A DNA stretch of 64,000 nucleotides from positions 1 through 64,000 of the forward strand of contig JAYKGY010000043.1 of the NCBI GenBank assembly GCA_035285545.1. The letters run 5' to 3'. The stretch is from Snowella sp. GTDB taxonomy: Bacteria; Cyanobacteriota; Cyanobacteriia; Cyanobacteriales; Microcystaceae. The position numbers and the translations under genes were made by a program. Below, piece after piece: positions 10,823-20,419 of the stretch (within the stretch, counting starts at the first letter, position 1; the number at the start of each line of letters is the position of its first letter). The notes beneath the pieces were generated by a model. The model saw nothing but the letters and a program-made list of their open reading frames with translations, did no database searches and was not told the DNA's origin.

Positions 10823-11485
10823 ATGACCCTTATCCAACCCCCTTCGACTAAAGAAGACATTCTGAATCATCTCCTAAAGTCCGATCAAACAACGGCGCAG
10901 GAATTGGCGGATTTATTAGAAATTAGTCCCCAGGCAATTCGTCGTCACCTTAAGGATTTGGAAACCGAGGGTTTAATTGAGCATCGAGCCGTACAGGTGG
11001 GAATGGGAAGACCGCAATATTATTACCATCTCAGTAAACAAGGTCGCGATCGCTTTCCTAATCGGTATGGAGAATTTGCGGTTTCGTTTTTGGATACGTT
11101 GGTAGAAACAGTCGGAGAAAAGCAGGTTGGAGAGGTTTTAAAGAAACAATGGCAACGTAAAGCCGATGAATACCGTCAACGCATTGGCTCAGGTTCCCTA
11201 CAAGCCAGGGTTAAAAAATTAGTCGAGTTACGCCGCGAAGAAGGCTATATGGCAGAGTTACACCCCGTTAACCACAATGGTTATGCTGATTCTGAACAGT
11301 TTGTTTTAGCAGAACACCATTGCGCGATCGCGGAAGTTGCTGAATCCTACCCAACGGTTTGTGGTCACGAATTAGAAATGTTTAGTGCCATTTTGCCCGA
11401 TTGTGCAGTGGAAAGAACCCAGTGGATTAATAATGGAGAACACAGTTGCGGCTATCTCATTCAACCGAAGCGATCGGTAAGCTGA
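10823..11485 (+). CDS. sufR: Iron-sulfur cluster biosynthesis repressor SufR
   Basis: N-terminal HTH, GMGRPQ, C-X12-C-X13-C-X14-C motif; divergent from sufB; ATG at 10823 preferred. Confidence 0.95.
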   Translation: MTLIQPPSTKEDILNHLLKSDQTTAQELADLLEISPQAIRRHLKDLETEGLIEHRAVQVGMGRPQYYYHLSKQGRDRFPNRYGEFAVSFLDTLVETVGEKQVGEVLKKQWQRKADEYRQRIGSGSLQARVKKLVELRREEGYMAELHPVNHNGYADSEQFVLAEHHCAIAEVAESYPTVCGHELEMFSAILPDCAVERTQWINNGEHSCGYLIQPKRSVS

Positions 11486-11613
11486 AATGTGGGTACTCTT
11501 CAGGACATAAATTAGAGAAAAATTCTTTAGTTATTTCTTAAAGGACTGTTAGCACAAATTCAGGATACATTAGAAAAAATCAGAAAAACAATCAAAATAA
11601 GGAGAAATTAATT

Positions 11614-11817
11614 ATGAATGTCAAAGATTATCCCTTCGCTCAAGATTTAATTACGGATGCTCAAGGTCAAATACAACAAATTGTTATTAACTTTGAAGAT
11701 TATCAGCAAATGATAGAAACTTATGAAGACATTGGACTCTATCGCGCCATGATAGATGTGAAAGATGAAACTCCCTTGAGTCTTGAGGATGCCTTAATTG
11801 AATTAGAAAAAGAATGA
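11614..11817 (+). CDS. Putative antitoxin (small acidic protein)
   Basis: 67 aa, acidic; ATGA overlap with the downstream RelE-like toxin gene. Confidence 0.7.
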   Translation: MNVKDYPFAQDLITDAQGQIQQIVINFEDYQQMIETYEDIGLYRAMIDVKDETPLSLEDALIELEKE

Positions 11818-12083
11818 AAATTAATTATCTTCCTACTTTTATTAAGGATATTAAAGGTTTAAAAAGTACCGCCTCTTACTCAGTCATCAAGAACTTTGCT
11901 TTTCGAGATATTCTAACGGTTCAGAATTTTAGCGAAATTAACAACCTTAAAAAATTAAAAGGAGAATATGATGCCTATCGTGTCCGAATTGGCGACTATA
12001 GAATTGGCCTTTTCTTTGAAGAAAATGTAATTACCTTTGCCCGTGTTCTTCATCGTCGAGAATTCTATCGTTACTTTCCTTAA
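11814..12083 (+). CDS. relE: RelE/ParE family toxin
   Basis: F.KDIK.L, KKLKG..DAYRVRIGDYRIG, RVLHRREFYRYFP. Confidence 0.88.
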   Translation: MKINYLPTFIKDIKGLKSTASYSVIKNFAFRDILTVQNFSEINNLKKLKGEYDAYRVRIGDYRIGLFFEENVITFARVLHRREFYRYFP

Positions 12084-12244
12084 TCTTTAGATTAATTGAA
12101 AATTCATTAAATTTAGCTATTTCAAGAGAAAGTTTGTGAAGTCATTAAATAAACAAAGATGATTTTAAAAGGATAGAAGCAGTTGATCAGTGTGTTGATA
12201 ATCTCTTGCTTAAACAAAACTTAAATTTAGCCTCTTCTCCAATA

Positions 12245-12667
12245 ATGTTAAATCAATATCAAAAAGTTTTAGCCATTCAGACAACACCAAAGTCTTTTCA
12301 AACCATTACCTCAAAAGTTGCCGCCATTGTTAAAGACTCAGGTATTCAAACGGGATTGTGTACCCTTTTTGTGCGCCACACTTCAGCATCGTTGATTATT
12401 CAAGAAAATGCTGACCCCGATGTGTTGAAAGATTTATCGACTTTCTTTTCCCAACTGGTTCCTGAAGATGCCCGTCGTTATCGCCACAGTACCGAAGGCT
12501 TAGATGACATGCCTGCCCACATTCGCTCGGTGCTAACCAAAACCTCTGAACAAATTCCCATTGCTCAGGGTCGTTTAGTGTTAGGAACCTGGCAGGGAAT
12601 TTACCTCTGGGAACATCGTCAACATAATTATGAACGGGAAGTTGTGGTTCATATCAGTGGAGTTTAA
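12245..12667 (+). CDS. yjbQ: YjbQ / UPF0047 family protein
   Basis: HTSASL.IQENADPDV, EG.DDMPAHIRS, LGTWQGIYLWEHR. Confidence 0.92.
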   Translation: MLNQYQKVLAIQTTPKSFQTITSKVAAIVKDSGIQTGLCTLFVRHTSASLIIQENADPDVLKDLSTFFSQLVPEDARRYRHSTEGLDDMPAHIRSVLTKTSEQIPIAQGRLVLGTWQGIYLWEHRQHNYEREVVVHISGV

Positions 12668-12674
12668 TTTTCAA

Positions 12675-13625
12675 ATGAAGCGAATTTTTGTAACGGGTGT
12701 GAGCGGTTGTATTGGCCATTATGTGGCAGAAAAGTTAATTCAAAATACGGATCATGAACTATTTTTATTAGTCAGAAATCCTGCAAAACTCAAAATTGAT
12801 GTCACATCTCGCCCCAATATTCACTTATTATCTGGCGATTTACGGGAGATTGAGAAATTTAGTGAGCTATTAAAAACGATTAATACAGCCATCCTAATTG
12901 CGACCAGTTGGGGAGATCCCGCCGAAACCTACGAAATTAATGTGGTCAAAACTTTGGCCTTAATGGAGCTATTAGAGCCTACGGTTTGTGAGCAGGTGAT
13001 TTATTTTTCCACTGCCAGTATTTTGAGCCAACAAGGGGAACCATTAAAAGAAGCAGGAACTTTGGGAACCGATTACATCCGAACTAAATACCAGTGTCAT
13101 CAAGCGTTACCGAATTTAGCGATCGCCGATAAAATTACCACTGTTTACCCCACCTTAGTTTTTGGCGGAGCAGAGAATAAACCCTATTCCCACCTCTCAG
13201 GCGGACTGAAGGACATTTTAAAATTAATGCCTTTGATCCGTTGGTTCACAGCGGATGGTAGCTTTCACTTTATCCATGCCCAGGATATCGCTCAAGTGGT
13301 GGGTTACTTAGTGGATCATCCGCCTGCTGCTGAGGAGAGCCGAGACATTGTGTTAGGGAATGACCCATTGAGGGTTGAACAAGCGATCGCCGAGATTGCC
13401 CATTACCTGAATCAACGCATTTACTTTTCCATTCCCCTATCGATCACCCTGGCTAATTTCTTTATCAAAGTCTTTCGGATTCAGATGGCCGCTTGGGATC
13501 GATTCTGCCTCGACTATCGACACTTTACCTATCCTAACCCTGTCAACCCCAAAAGCTTAGGATTGCCCTACCACTGCGCGACTATTCCCGAACTGTTACG
13601 AGTTAGTGGAATCTTAAAAAAATAA
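12675..13625 (+). CDS. NAD-dependent epimerase/dehydratase family protein
   Basis: MKRIFVTGVSGCIG Rossmann motif, YxxxK (YIRTK), FHFIHAQDIA. Confidence 0.85.
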   Translation: MKRIFVTGVSGCIGHYVAEKLIQNTDHELFLLVRNPAKLKIDVTSRPNIHLLSGDLREIEKFSELLKTINTAILIATSWGDPAETYEINVVKTLALMELLEPTVCEQVIYFSTASILSQQGEPLKEAGTLGTDYIRTKYQCHQALPNLAIADKITTVYPTLVFGGAENKPYSHLSGGLKDILKLMPLIRWFTADGSFHFIHAQDIAQVVGYLVDHPPAAEESRDIVLGNDPLRVEQAIAEIAHYLNQRIYFSIPLSITLANFFIKVFRIQMAAWDRFCLDYRHFTYPNPVNPKSLGLPYHCATIPELLRVSGILKK

Positions 13626-13745
13626 TAAAATTACTAAAATTCTCCCGACAACTGCCCGAAGACTGTAAAATATTACAATGAAGAAAGAAGCCACTACGCC
13701 AAGCGAATAGTCACTTCTTCCTTAAATTAATTTGAGTCTAGTGTT

Positions 13746-13785
13746 AGACGTTGCTTAGTTCATCCCTAAACAATGTCTTTTTTTT
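13746..13785 (+). terminator. Intrinsic terminator-like hairpin
   Basis: agacgttgcttag-ttcatcc-ctaaacaatgtct followed by a T-run, between convergent genes. Confidence 0.65.
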
Positions 13786-13794
13786 GCCAATGTC

Positions 13795-14184
13795 TTAAAT
13801 TTCTTCGTCAGGTGCGCCAACTTGTTTGAGATGAATATGTTTACGTCCCAAGGTGATTTCAAATTCATCCCCAGCCTGCAAATTCATTTTTTTTGTGTAG
13901 GCAGAACCAATCAACAAATTGCCGTTAGATTGGACACTAATTCGATAGCTCGCAGAGCGACCGCCTCGGCCTTGGCCATTGAGGGTGCTGTCTAATTCAA
14001 TGCCTTCTGCATCAATTAATGCGTTCAGGAATTTCATCATATTAACCCGCTCAATCCCATTTTTGGTTTGAGTAGAGTAGCCACACTCCCTGGCTTTTTC
14101 TTCTTTGCTGAGGTTGCCAAGATCTTTAACTTTTTGAAGCAACTCTTGGCCAGTTAATGGTTTTGCTTGAGTCGTTTTAGGCAT
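13795..14184 (-). CDS. Cyanobacterial AbrB-like regulator (cyAbrB2/Sll0822-like)
   Basis: PLTG.ELL.KVK, A..CGY, GRGGRSASYRISVQSNGNLLIGSAYT, FEITLGRKHIHL; divergent from an Rrf2 gene as recalled for Synechocystis. Confidence 0.9.
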   Translation of the reverse strand: MPKTTQAKPLTGQELLQKVKDLGNLSKEEKARECGYSTQTKNGIERVNMMKFLNALIDAEGIELDSTLNGQGRGGRSASYRISVQSNGNLLIGSAYTKKMNLQAGDEFEITLGRKHIHLKQVGAPDEEI

Positions 14185-14495
14185 GTACTTAAAATTTTAG
14201 TAATGATTGGTCTAGTGGGTAAGTTTTAGATTTTGAGCGATAGTAAGGACTTCAAAAAAATAGATAGTTACTATCTGACTCTAAATTTATCTTACACGCT
14301 TCAAGCAAATTTTATTCAACTTTTGACTAAATTAATCTTAAACTTTTCCCAGTAATTTTTGCTATAGCATCTAATTATGATTGTGGCTTGTTTGAGTTTT
14401 TCCCTTTTCCTAAGGCTGACAAACTTATTCCTACAACAAAAAAGAGAACGATTGAAAGAATGTCTTGGTAAAACTTGGGAATTTAAACGACAGGA

Positions 14496-14939
14496 ATGAA
14501 GTTAACAACGAAAAGTCACTACAGTGTTAAAGCTTTACTTGATTTGAGTTTACAGCCACGTTATGGGCCAACCTCGGTAAAAGCGATCGCCAATCGACAA
14601 GATTTACCCGCTCCCTACCTCGAAAAACTATTGATAGAAATGCGTCGAGCAGGACTTGTAAAATCCGTCCGTGGTGCCCAAGGTGGCTATCAATTAGCCT
14701 ATCCTCCCCAGCAAATTTCTTTAGGACAAATTCTACAAGCTGTCGGAGAAACCCTTGATCCGCTCCCCCATTATCGCCCTGATGTTGAACAGGCGGAAGA
14801 TTGGGTAACTTTTAGTTTGTGGAAACAACTTCATCAAAAACTCAAGGAATCCTTGTATAGTATTACGCTGGCGGATTTATACTACGATGCCCGTAGTTGG
14901 CAAGCCTCTCAAGACGGAGAAACTCAATTTATTATTTAA
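14496..14939 (+). CDS. Rrf2 family transcriptional regulator without cysteines (Slr0846-like)
   Basis: MKLTT..HYSVKAL, YLEKLL, SVRGAQGGYQLA, ITLADL; no Cys in the protein. Confidence 0.88.
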   Translation: MKLTTKSHYSVKALLDLSLQPRYGPTSVKAIANRQDLPAPYLEKLLIEMRRAGLVKSVRGAQGGYQLAYPPQQISLGQILQAVGETLDPLPHYRPDVEQAEDWVTFSLWKQLHQKLKESLYSITLADLYYDARSWQASQDGETQFII

Positions 14940-14959
14940 GAATTTGAGGATAAAAATTT

Positions 14960-15370
14960 ATGCAAACGTCCCCTCCAGCGGTTTCCTATCAGGGTGGTTG
15001 TCATTGCGGTGCAGTCCGGTTTTCCGTCGTTGTTAGAGAACCCAAAGCCCTCGATTGCAACTGCTCAATCTGTCGAAAGAAAGGGTTTCTTCATTTAATT
15101 GTTTCGCTCACGGATTTTACCTTGCTTCAGGGACAAGAAATGTTAAGTAGTTATACCTTTAATACCCATACGGCTCAGCATCTTTTTTGTCGTGTTTGTG
15201 GGATTCATTCTTTTTATCGTCCTCGGTCTCATCCCCAGGGGATTGATGTTAATATCCGTTGTTTAGATGGTGATAGTCTGTCGCAATTTATCATTGAGCC
15301 TTTTGATGGGGCAAATTGGGAAGAAAATGTTAGTAAGATCCAAAATGAAACGGAATTGACGCTAAGTTAA
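14960..15370 (+). CDS. GFA/CENP-V family zinc-binding protein
   Basis: GGCHCGAV, CNCSIC, FCRVCG. Confidence 0.9.
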   Translation: MQTSPPAVSYQGGCHCGAVRFSVVVREPKALDCNCSICRKKGFLHLIVSLTDFTLLQGQEMLSSYTFNTHTAQHLFCRVCGIHSFYRPRSHPQGIDVNIRCLDGDSLSQFIIEPFDGANWEENVSKIQNETELTLS

Positions 15371-15435
15371 AGGGTTAGGGGATTAATCTTCATAGTGGAT
15401 CATTACTATTTCATAAACTTCATAAATCACAATTG

Positions 15436-16413
15436 ATGAAAGATCATCTAGGGGCCTTCATTTTAGCTTTTGCTGCCTTACTGGATTATGGAATTGGCGA
15501 TCCGTGGGGATGGCTCCATCCGGTTCAAGTCATTGGTTGGGTAATTGATTTTTTAGCGCAATCACTTTTAAAAAACTGTCAACAGAAATGGCAACGTCGT
15601 TATGCTGGAATTGCGTTGGGATTAACTGTTATTTTAGGGAGTGGCGTGATCGCGTGGTGCGCTGTTCAAATACTCCAATCCCTTCATCCTTTATTCGCCA
15701 GTATTAGTGCGGTGATTTTACTGGCAAGTTGTTTGGCCGGAAAAAGTTTACGACAAGCCGCCCAACAGGTATTAATTCCGCTAAAAACAGGTGATTTACC
15801 CACCGCGAGAAAACAATTGAGTCAATTTGTCGGTCGGGATACGGAAAATCTTTCGGAGGAAGCAATTTTACGGGCGACGTTAGAAAGTGTGGCGGAAAAC
15901 ACCATTGATGGTGTCACATCTCCTTTATTTTATGCCATTCTGGGTCTTTTTTTCTTTCCGATTAGCGGGGTTGCCTTCGCGATCACCTACAAGGCTGCGA
16001 GTACCTTAGATTCGATGATTGGCTATTTACGAGAACCTTATACGGATATAGGTTGGTTTAGTGCCAAGTTTGAAGATTATCTCACCTGGTTGCCCTGTCG
16101 CTTAACGGTCTTAACTCTCGCGCTTTTATCAGGAAAGCCCAGACAGGTACTCCGAATTTGCCGACGAGATGCCCCCCAAGATCCCAGTTTAAATTCGGGT
16201 TGGAGTGAAGCGGTCTATGCTGCAATTTTAGGTGTGCAATTAGGGGGAATGAATACCTATCAAGGTGTTCCAAAGTGGAAGCCCCTGCTGGGAGATCCCT
16301 GGGTTCCCCTTACGCCTGAAATTGTCGAAAAAGCCTTTGGTCTAACCCGTTCCTGTTTTCTCCTCTGGCTCGCGATCGCGTTCTTGGGATTGGGGCTTAA
16401 AAATTTTGGGTAA
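15436..16413 (+). CDS. cbiB: Adenosylcobinamide-phosphate synthase CbiB (CobD)
   Basis: GDP...HPV, VGRDT, ESVAEN..DG, TLDSMIGY, NSGW.EA. Confidence 0.93.
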   Translation: MKDHLGAFILAFAALLDYGIGDPWGWLHPVQVIGWVIDFLAQSLLKNCQQKWQRRYAGIALGLTVILGSGVIAWCAVQILQSLHPLFASISAVILLASCLAGKSLRQAAQQVLIPLKTGDLPTARKQLSQFVGRDTENLSEEAILRATLESVAENTIDGVTSPLFYAILGLFFFPISGVAFAITYKAASTLDSMIGYLREPYTDIGWFSAKFEDYLTWLPCRLTVLTLALLSGKPRQVLRICRRDAPQDPSLNSGWSEAVYAAILGVQLGGMNTYQGVPKWKPLLGDPWVPLTPEIVEKAFGLTRSCFLLWLAIAFLGLGLKNFG

Positions 16414-16418
16414 GAGAC

Positions 16419-16452
16419 TTGACAGATATCGGTTAGGGTCTGTTAGTATAAT
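16419..16452 (+). promoter_or_regulatory. Putative sigma70-type promoter of tRNA-Gln
   Basis: TTGACA at 16419-16424; TG-t-TAGTAT/TATAAT at 16441-16452, just upstream of the tRNA. Confidence 0.55.
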
Positions 16453-16469
16453 AAAGGTTTAAACACCGT

Positions 16470-16541
16470 TGGGGTGTCGCCAAGCGGTAAGGCAGCGGGT
16501 TTTGGTCTCGCCATTCCTAGGTTCGAATCCTAGCACCCCAG
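16470..16541 (+). tRNA. trnQ: tRNA-Gln (TTG); CCA not encoded
   Basis: TGGGGTG/CACCCCA acceptor stem, GCCAAGCGGTAAGGC D-arm, GCGGG-TT-TTG-GT-CTCGC anticodon arm, GGTTCGAATCC T-loop. Confidence 0.97.
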
Positions 16542-16735
16542 TTGCTTCCATTTGTTCAAGTCATTGACCCATTCACTAGATAATGGATCACCTTAAGCAG
16601 TAATTCAGCTTTCCTGATGACGCAGGGATCAAGGATACATCAATTGCAACCTTTACGGCTTTTGCTGTCATCCATCCTGCTCAGGCAGTAAACTGCTCTT
16701 TATTCTTGGATAACTCCCTAACCCATTGCCCTAAC

Positions 16736-17056
16736 TTACCACTCGACTTCATTCTCCTTATCAGGGGTGGAATCGGTTTCTTCGGTGATCAGCCATTGGG
16801 TAAAAGTCTGTAATTTGCCCCGCTCAATGTAGGGCCAGCCGCCGCTTTCTTCAATATCTCTCAATAGGGCGTATAAATCCTTCCGAGTATTGGGTAAATA
16901 GGGTTCAAACTGTTCGACTCGAATTTGACGGTGCAATTCTTCCAAGGTTCTTAAAAGGGCTAATAGGCGATCGCTCTCTTTATCACATTTACTCGCAACC
17001 GTATTAACGAGGGTAACAATCCGCTCCAATTCACTTTTTAATAATTGCTCATCCAT
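16736..17056 (-). CDS. Conserved cyanobacterial hypothetical protein
   Basis: 106-aa ORF with LLALLR.LE.LHR.IR...LP.TR..LY.LLRDIEE.GGWPYIER pattern. Confidence 0.75.
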   Translation of the reverse strand: MDEQLLKSELERIVTLVNTVASKCDKESDRLLALLRTLEELHRQIRVEQFEPYLPNTRKDLYALLRDIEESGGWPYIERGKLQTFTQWLITEETDSTPDKENEVEW

Positions 17057-17361
17057 ATCTATTTCTAATTCCTGGTGGCAAAACGAATAACGCTAACCAT
17101 CCATCTAGCGTATTCTTTTATGGCACAAACGACAAATTAACCCGATCAATTCATCCTCGTTTTTCGCCGATCCCACCTTCATCCGCAACACAGGAATGAA
17201 AAGAATTCCCACCCCAAGAACGCAGGAAGGGCACGAAAGTTTGGTACAGTAGATCCCGATAACATTAACCTAACTTGTTCTTGATATAAATAATTGCTTT
17301 AAGCGTAAACGCTATCAGAACAAGATTTTACTAATCTGAGATTGACCAAGCGAGGTTGACC

Positions 17362-18195
17362 ATGAGGTTTCGTGCATTACTCGTTGCCTTCCTATCTGTG
17401 TGTCTAGGTATTTTTACCCTTTTTAGCGGTGGATCAGCCTTTGCACTGGATCGCGAGCAACTGACCTACGATGACATTGTTGGCACGGGATTAGCCAATA
17501 GCTGTCCGACCATCACCTCTTTTTCCAGAGGAACAATCCCCGTAGAAGGGAACAAAACCTATAGTGTCTCTGATTTATGTTTAGAGCCACAGCAATTCTT
17601 TGTTAAAGAAGAACCTTTGAACAAACGTCAAGAAGCAGAATTTGTTCAAGGCAAACTATTAACCCGATATACAACTAGCTTAGAGCAGATTCGTGGTTCT
17701 ATTTTTGTTGATCAAAATGGTGTTTTAACATTTAAAGAAAAAGACGGAATTGATTTCCAACCCATCACCGTATTACTTCCTGGTGGTGAGGAAGTTCCTT
17801 TCTTCTTTACCATTAAAAAATTCACAGGTACAACAGAGCCTGGTTTTACATCCATTAATAGTTCCATTGACTTTGTGGGCAGCTATAAAGTCCCTTCCTA
17901 TCGGGGTGCTGGCTTCTTAGATCCCAAAGCGCGGGGTGTTTATACGGGTTATGATAATGCGGTTGCTTTACCCGCTTCAGCAGATAACAAAGAATTAGAA
18001 CGGACTAATGTAAAACAGACCCCTATCGGCAAAGGGGAACTTTCTTTACAAGTTACTCAAGTTGACGGTGAATCAGGAGAAATTGCGGGGATCTTTGAAG
18101 CCCAACAGCCTTCCGATACCGACTTAGGTGCGAAAGAACCTGTTGATGTCAAAGTTCGTGGAATTTTCTATGCTCGTGTTACGCCTGAAGATTAA
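17362..18195 (+). CDS. psbO: Photosystem II manganese-stabilizing protein
   Basis: Signal peptide, LTYDDIVGTGLANSCP, DGIDFQPITV.LPGGE, FLDPKARG, GYDNAVALP. Confidence 0.98.
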   Translation: MRFRALLVAFLSVCLGIFTLFSGGSAFALDREQLTYDDIVGTGLANSCPTITSFSRGTIPVEGNKTYSVSDLCLEPQQFFVKEEPLNKRQEAEFVQGKLLTRYTTSLEQIRGSIFVDQNGVLTFKEKDGIDFQPITVLLPGGEEVPFFFTIKKFTGTTEPGFTSINSSIDFVGSYKVPSYRGAGFLDPKARGVYTGYDNAVALPASADNKELERTNVKQTPIGKGELSLQVTQVDGESGEIAGIFEAQQPSDTDLGAKEPVDVKVRGIFYARVTPED

Positions 18196-18235
18196 TTATC
18201 TCAAGGATCGTTTATTAGCGCGAGTCGGTTTGCGT

Positions 18236-18263
18236 GAGGGGGGAGCGATAACCCCTCTTTTTT
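18236..18263 (+). terminator. psbO intrinsic terminator
   Basis: gagggg...cccctc stem followed by tttttt. Confidence 0.7.
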
Positions 18264-18812
18264 GTGACTTTTTGAGAGTCCTACGCAACATAAATTTTTG
18301 AATTTTTATCAAAAAAAGTTTTGTTTCTGTTCAATGCTTGTTAACCATTCATGGATTATTGAGGCAGGAAAAGCTTGATCCGGTTAGCAAAAATCGCGAT
18401 CGCGTTACGGTAGATTAATTGTAACGAAATATCAAGAGGGAATGACAAAGGCCATGGCTTCAACCGTTACAGAATAAAGTCATCGGCAACCTTGCCCATT
18501 AATATTACAAAAACATTATTTTTTAAAAGAAAAAGTTACTGAATTTTGATTTTATGATGGACTTCTTCTATAATGACTACTTGTTATTCATTTCCTTCAC
18601 GATAATGAGTCTTCCGTTCCTCCGTATAATCAGGGAGAACAAAAAGTAATCCTTTTAGAGAATCCTTAAAAATCCTGTAGTGCGATGTTTGTTTTCTCTT
18701 TAAACTTTGAAAAGAATAGAGTTCAAGACCTATTTATTTCATTCCACTCGGCCCGATTGACTCCAGTTGCTGCTATTGATTGTGAATCATCCTCCTCTCG
18801 ATATTTAGAACT

Positions 18813-19589
18813 ATGCCTACTCTCGCCAAAGAATCCCTTAAATTGGAAACCCTAAGCTTATTTCAAGAATACCGAGCTTCAGGAAACACTGAACTTCGTA
18901 ACCACATTTTGGAATTGAACTTAGGTTTAGTACGGAAAGAAGCCCACCACTGGGTCAATCAATGTCAAGAAAGTTTTGATGACTTACTCCAAGTCGGATG
19001 TCTGGGTTTACTCAGGGCGATTGAACGATTTGATTTAGAAAAAGGACATGCCTTTAGTACCTTTGCCGTTCCTTACATTCGAGGAGAAATTCAACACTAT
19101 CTCAGAGACAAAGGGTATTGTGTCCGCATCCCCCGACGTTGGTTAGAGTTAGGGCAACAGGCAATGGTAGAACAGCAAAAATATCAAGCCCGTTATAATC
19201 GCCAACTCACGGATTCAGAATTAGCTCAAGTTTTAGAAATTTCTTTGGCGGAATGGCAAGATATCAAACTCGCGTTTCAAAATCGAGAGCCAATTAGTCT
19301 AGATATTAAAGTCGATTACGAAGGGGATTGCCATACTAATTTAGGGGACTGTTTAGCCGATAGTGATTATCGCAGTTTCCAGTTAAGCCAAGAAGATCAA
19401 ATCCGCTTACAACAAGCAATGGGATTATTAGAAGATCGCACCCGTCAGGTTTTAGAATTTATTTTTCTCCATGATTTAACCCAACGGGAAACAGCAGATG
19501 AACTCGGCATTAGCGTGATTACGGTTTCTCGTCGCCTCAAAAAAGGGTTACAAATTTTACAAAAAACCTTAGTAACCGAAGTTTTTTAA
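18813..19589 (+). CDS. sigF: Group 3 RNA polymerase sigma factor SigF
   Basis: LNLGLVRKEAHHW, DLLQVG.LGL.RAIERF, FSTFA.PYIRGEIQHYLRDK, region 4 LTQRE.A..LGIS. Confidence 0.9.
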   Translation: MPTLAKESLKLETLSLFQEYRASGNTELRNHILELNLGLVRKEAHHWVNQCQESFDDLLQVGCLGLLRAIERFDLEKGHAFSTFAVPYIRGEIQHYLRDKGYCVRIPRRWLELGQQAMVEQQKYQARYNRQLTDSELAQVLEISLAEWQDIKLAFQNREPISLDIKVDYEGDCHTNLGDCLADSDYRSFQLSQEDQIRLQQAMGLLEDRTRQVLEFIFLHDLTQRETADELGISVITVSRRLKKGLQILQKTLVTEVF

Positions 19590-19684
19590 GGATTAAGGGT
19601 TAACGTCTATTCTGATGCACCTTTGATATACTGAGGACTAGCCAATCTTTTGCCGATGTTGAATCGGTAGCTAGGAGTCAGTAC

Positions 19685-19852
19685 ATGTTTGGATTAGGGT
19701 GGCCAGAATTAGTTTTGATTTTACTTGCCGTTATTTTAATTTTTGGCCCGAAGAAATTGCCCGAAATTGGGGGTGCTCTCGGAAAAACCTTACGGGGCTT
19801 TAAGGAAGAAGTGGGAGCGAATCGGAATGAGTTGCCCAAGGAAGAGGAATAA
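19685..19852 (+). CDS. tatA: Twin-arginine translocase TatA/TatE subunit (55 aa; absent from ORF track)
   Basis: [42 protein letters not shown]; aggag RBS upstream. Confidence 0.93.
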   Translation: MFGLGWPELVLILLAVILIFGPKKLPEIGGALGKTLRGFKEEVGANRNELPKEEE

Positions 19853-19867
19853 CAAGACGCTAGCCCC

Positions 19868-20404
19868 ATGCGAATCTATGGCAATCGGCAATTGAAAACC
19901 CTCCCAGGAGAAACCACTCGTCCAACAACGGGTAGGGTCAGGGAAGCATTATTTAATATTTGGCAGGGCGCGATCGCGGATTCTCGCTGGTTGGATCTGT
20001 GTGCGGGGAATGGATCAATAGGAGCCGAAGCCCTCTGTCGGGGAGCTAGGGAAGTTGTTGGTATTGAACAATTAAAAAATGCCTGTGCCATTATTGAGGA
20101 AAATTGGCGCAAGATGGCTCAAGCAGGTCAGCATTTTCAAGTAATTCAAGGCAATATCCTGAGTCAGTTACCGAAATTACAAGGCCAAGTCTTTGATCGT
20201 ATTTATTTTGATCCGCCCTACGCCAGTGAACTCTACGATCCTGTTTTAAGCGCGATCGCGGATTTCCAGTTACTCCATCCCCAGGGGGAAATTGCCGCAG
20301 AATACAGTCGTCAATTTTGGAAACCTATCGAAATTCCTCAGTTAAGCCTCAGTCGGACAAAACATTATGGCCATAGCTCTTTAGCATTTTATCAAGTGAA
20401 ATAA
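19868..20404 (+). CDS. rsmD: 16S rRNA m2G966 methyltransferase RsmD
   Basis: TRPT..RVREALFNI, LDLCAG.G.IG.EAL.RGA, FDPPY. Confidence 0.92.
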   Translation: MRIYGNRQLKTLPGETTRPTTGRVREALFNIWQGAIADSRWLDLCAGNGSIGAEALCRGAREVVGIEQLKNACAIIEENWRKMAQAGQHFQVIQGNILSQLPKLQGQVFDRIYFDPPYASELYDPVLSAIADFQLLHPQGEIAAEYSRQFWKPIEIPQLSLSRTKHYGHSSLAFYQVK

Positions 20405-20419
20405 GAACCGCATTGATTT

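Noticed and set aside
13664..13677. NtcA binding site
   Set aside because: Spacing is GTA-N6-TAC, not GTA-N8-TAC.
14496..14939. IscR-type Fe-S sensor regulating the nearby suf operon
   Set aside because: The protein contains no cysteine, and SufR with its operators already explains suf control.
16470..16736. Genomic island integrated at tRNA-Gln
   Set aside because: No integrase, and I found no duplicated tRNA 3' end; the flanks are core genes (cbiB, psbO).
19678..19869. 63-aa minus-strand ORF
   Set aside because: Antisense shadow of tatA.
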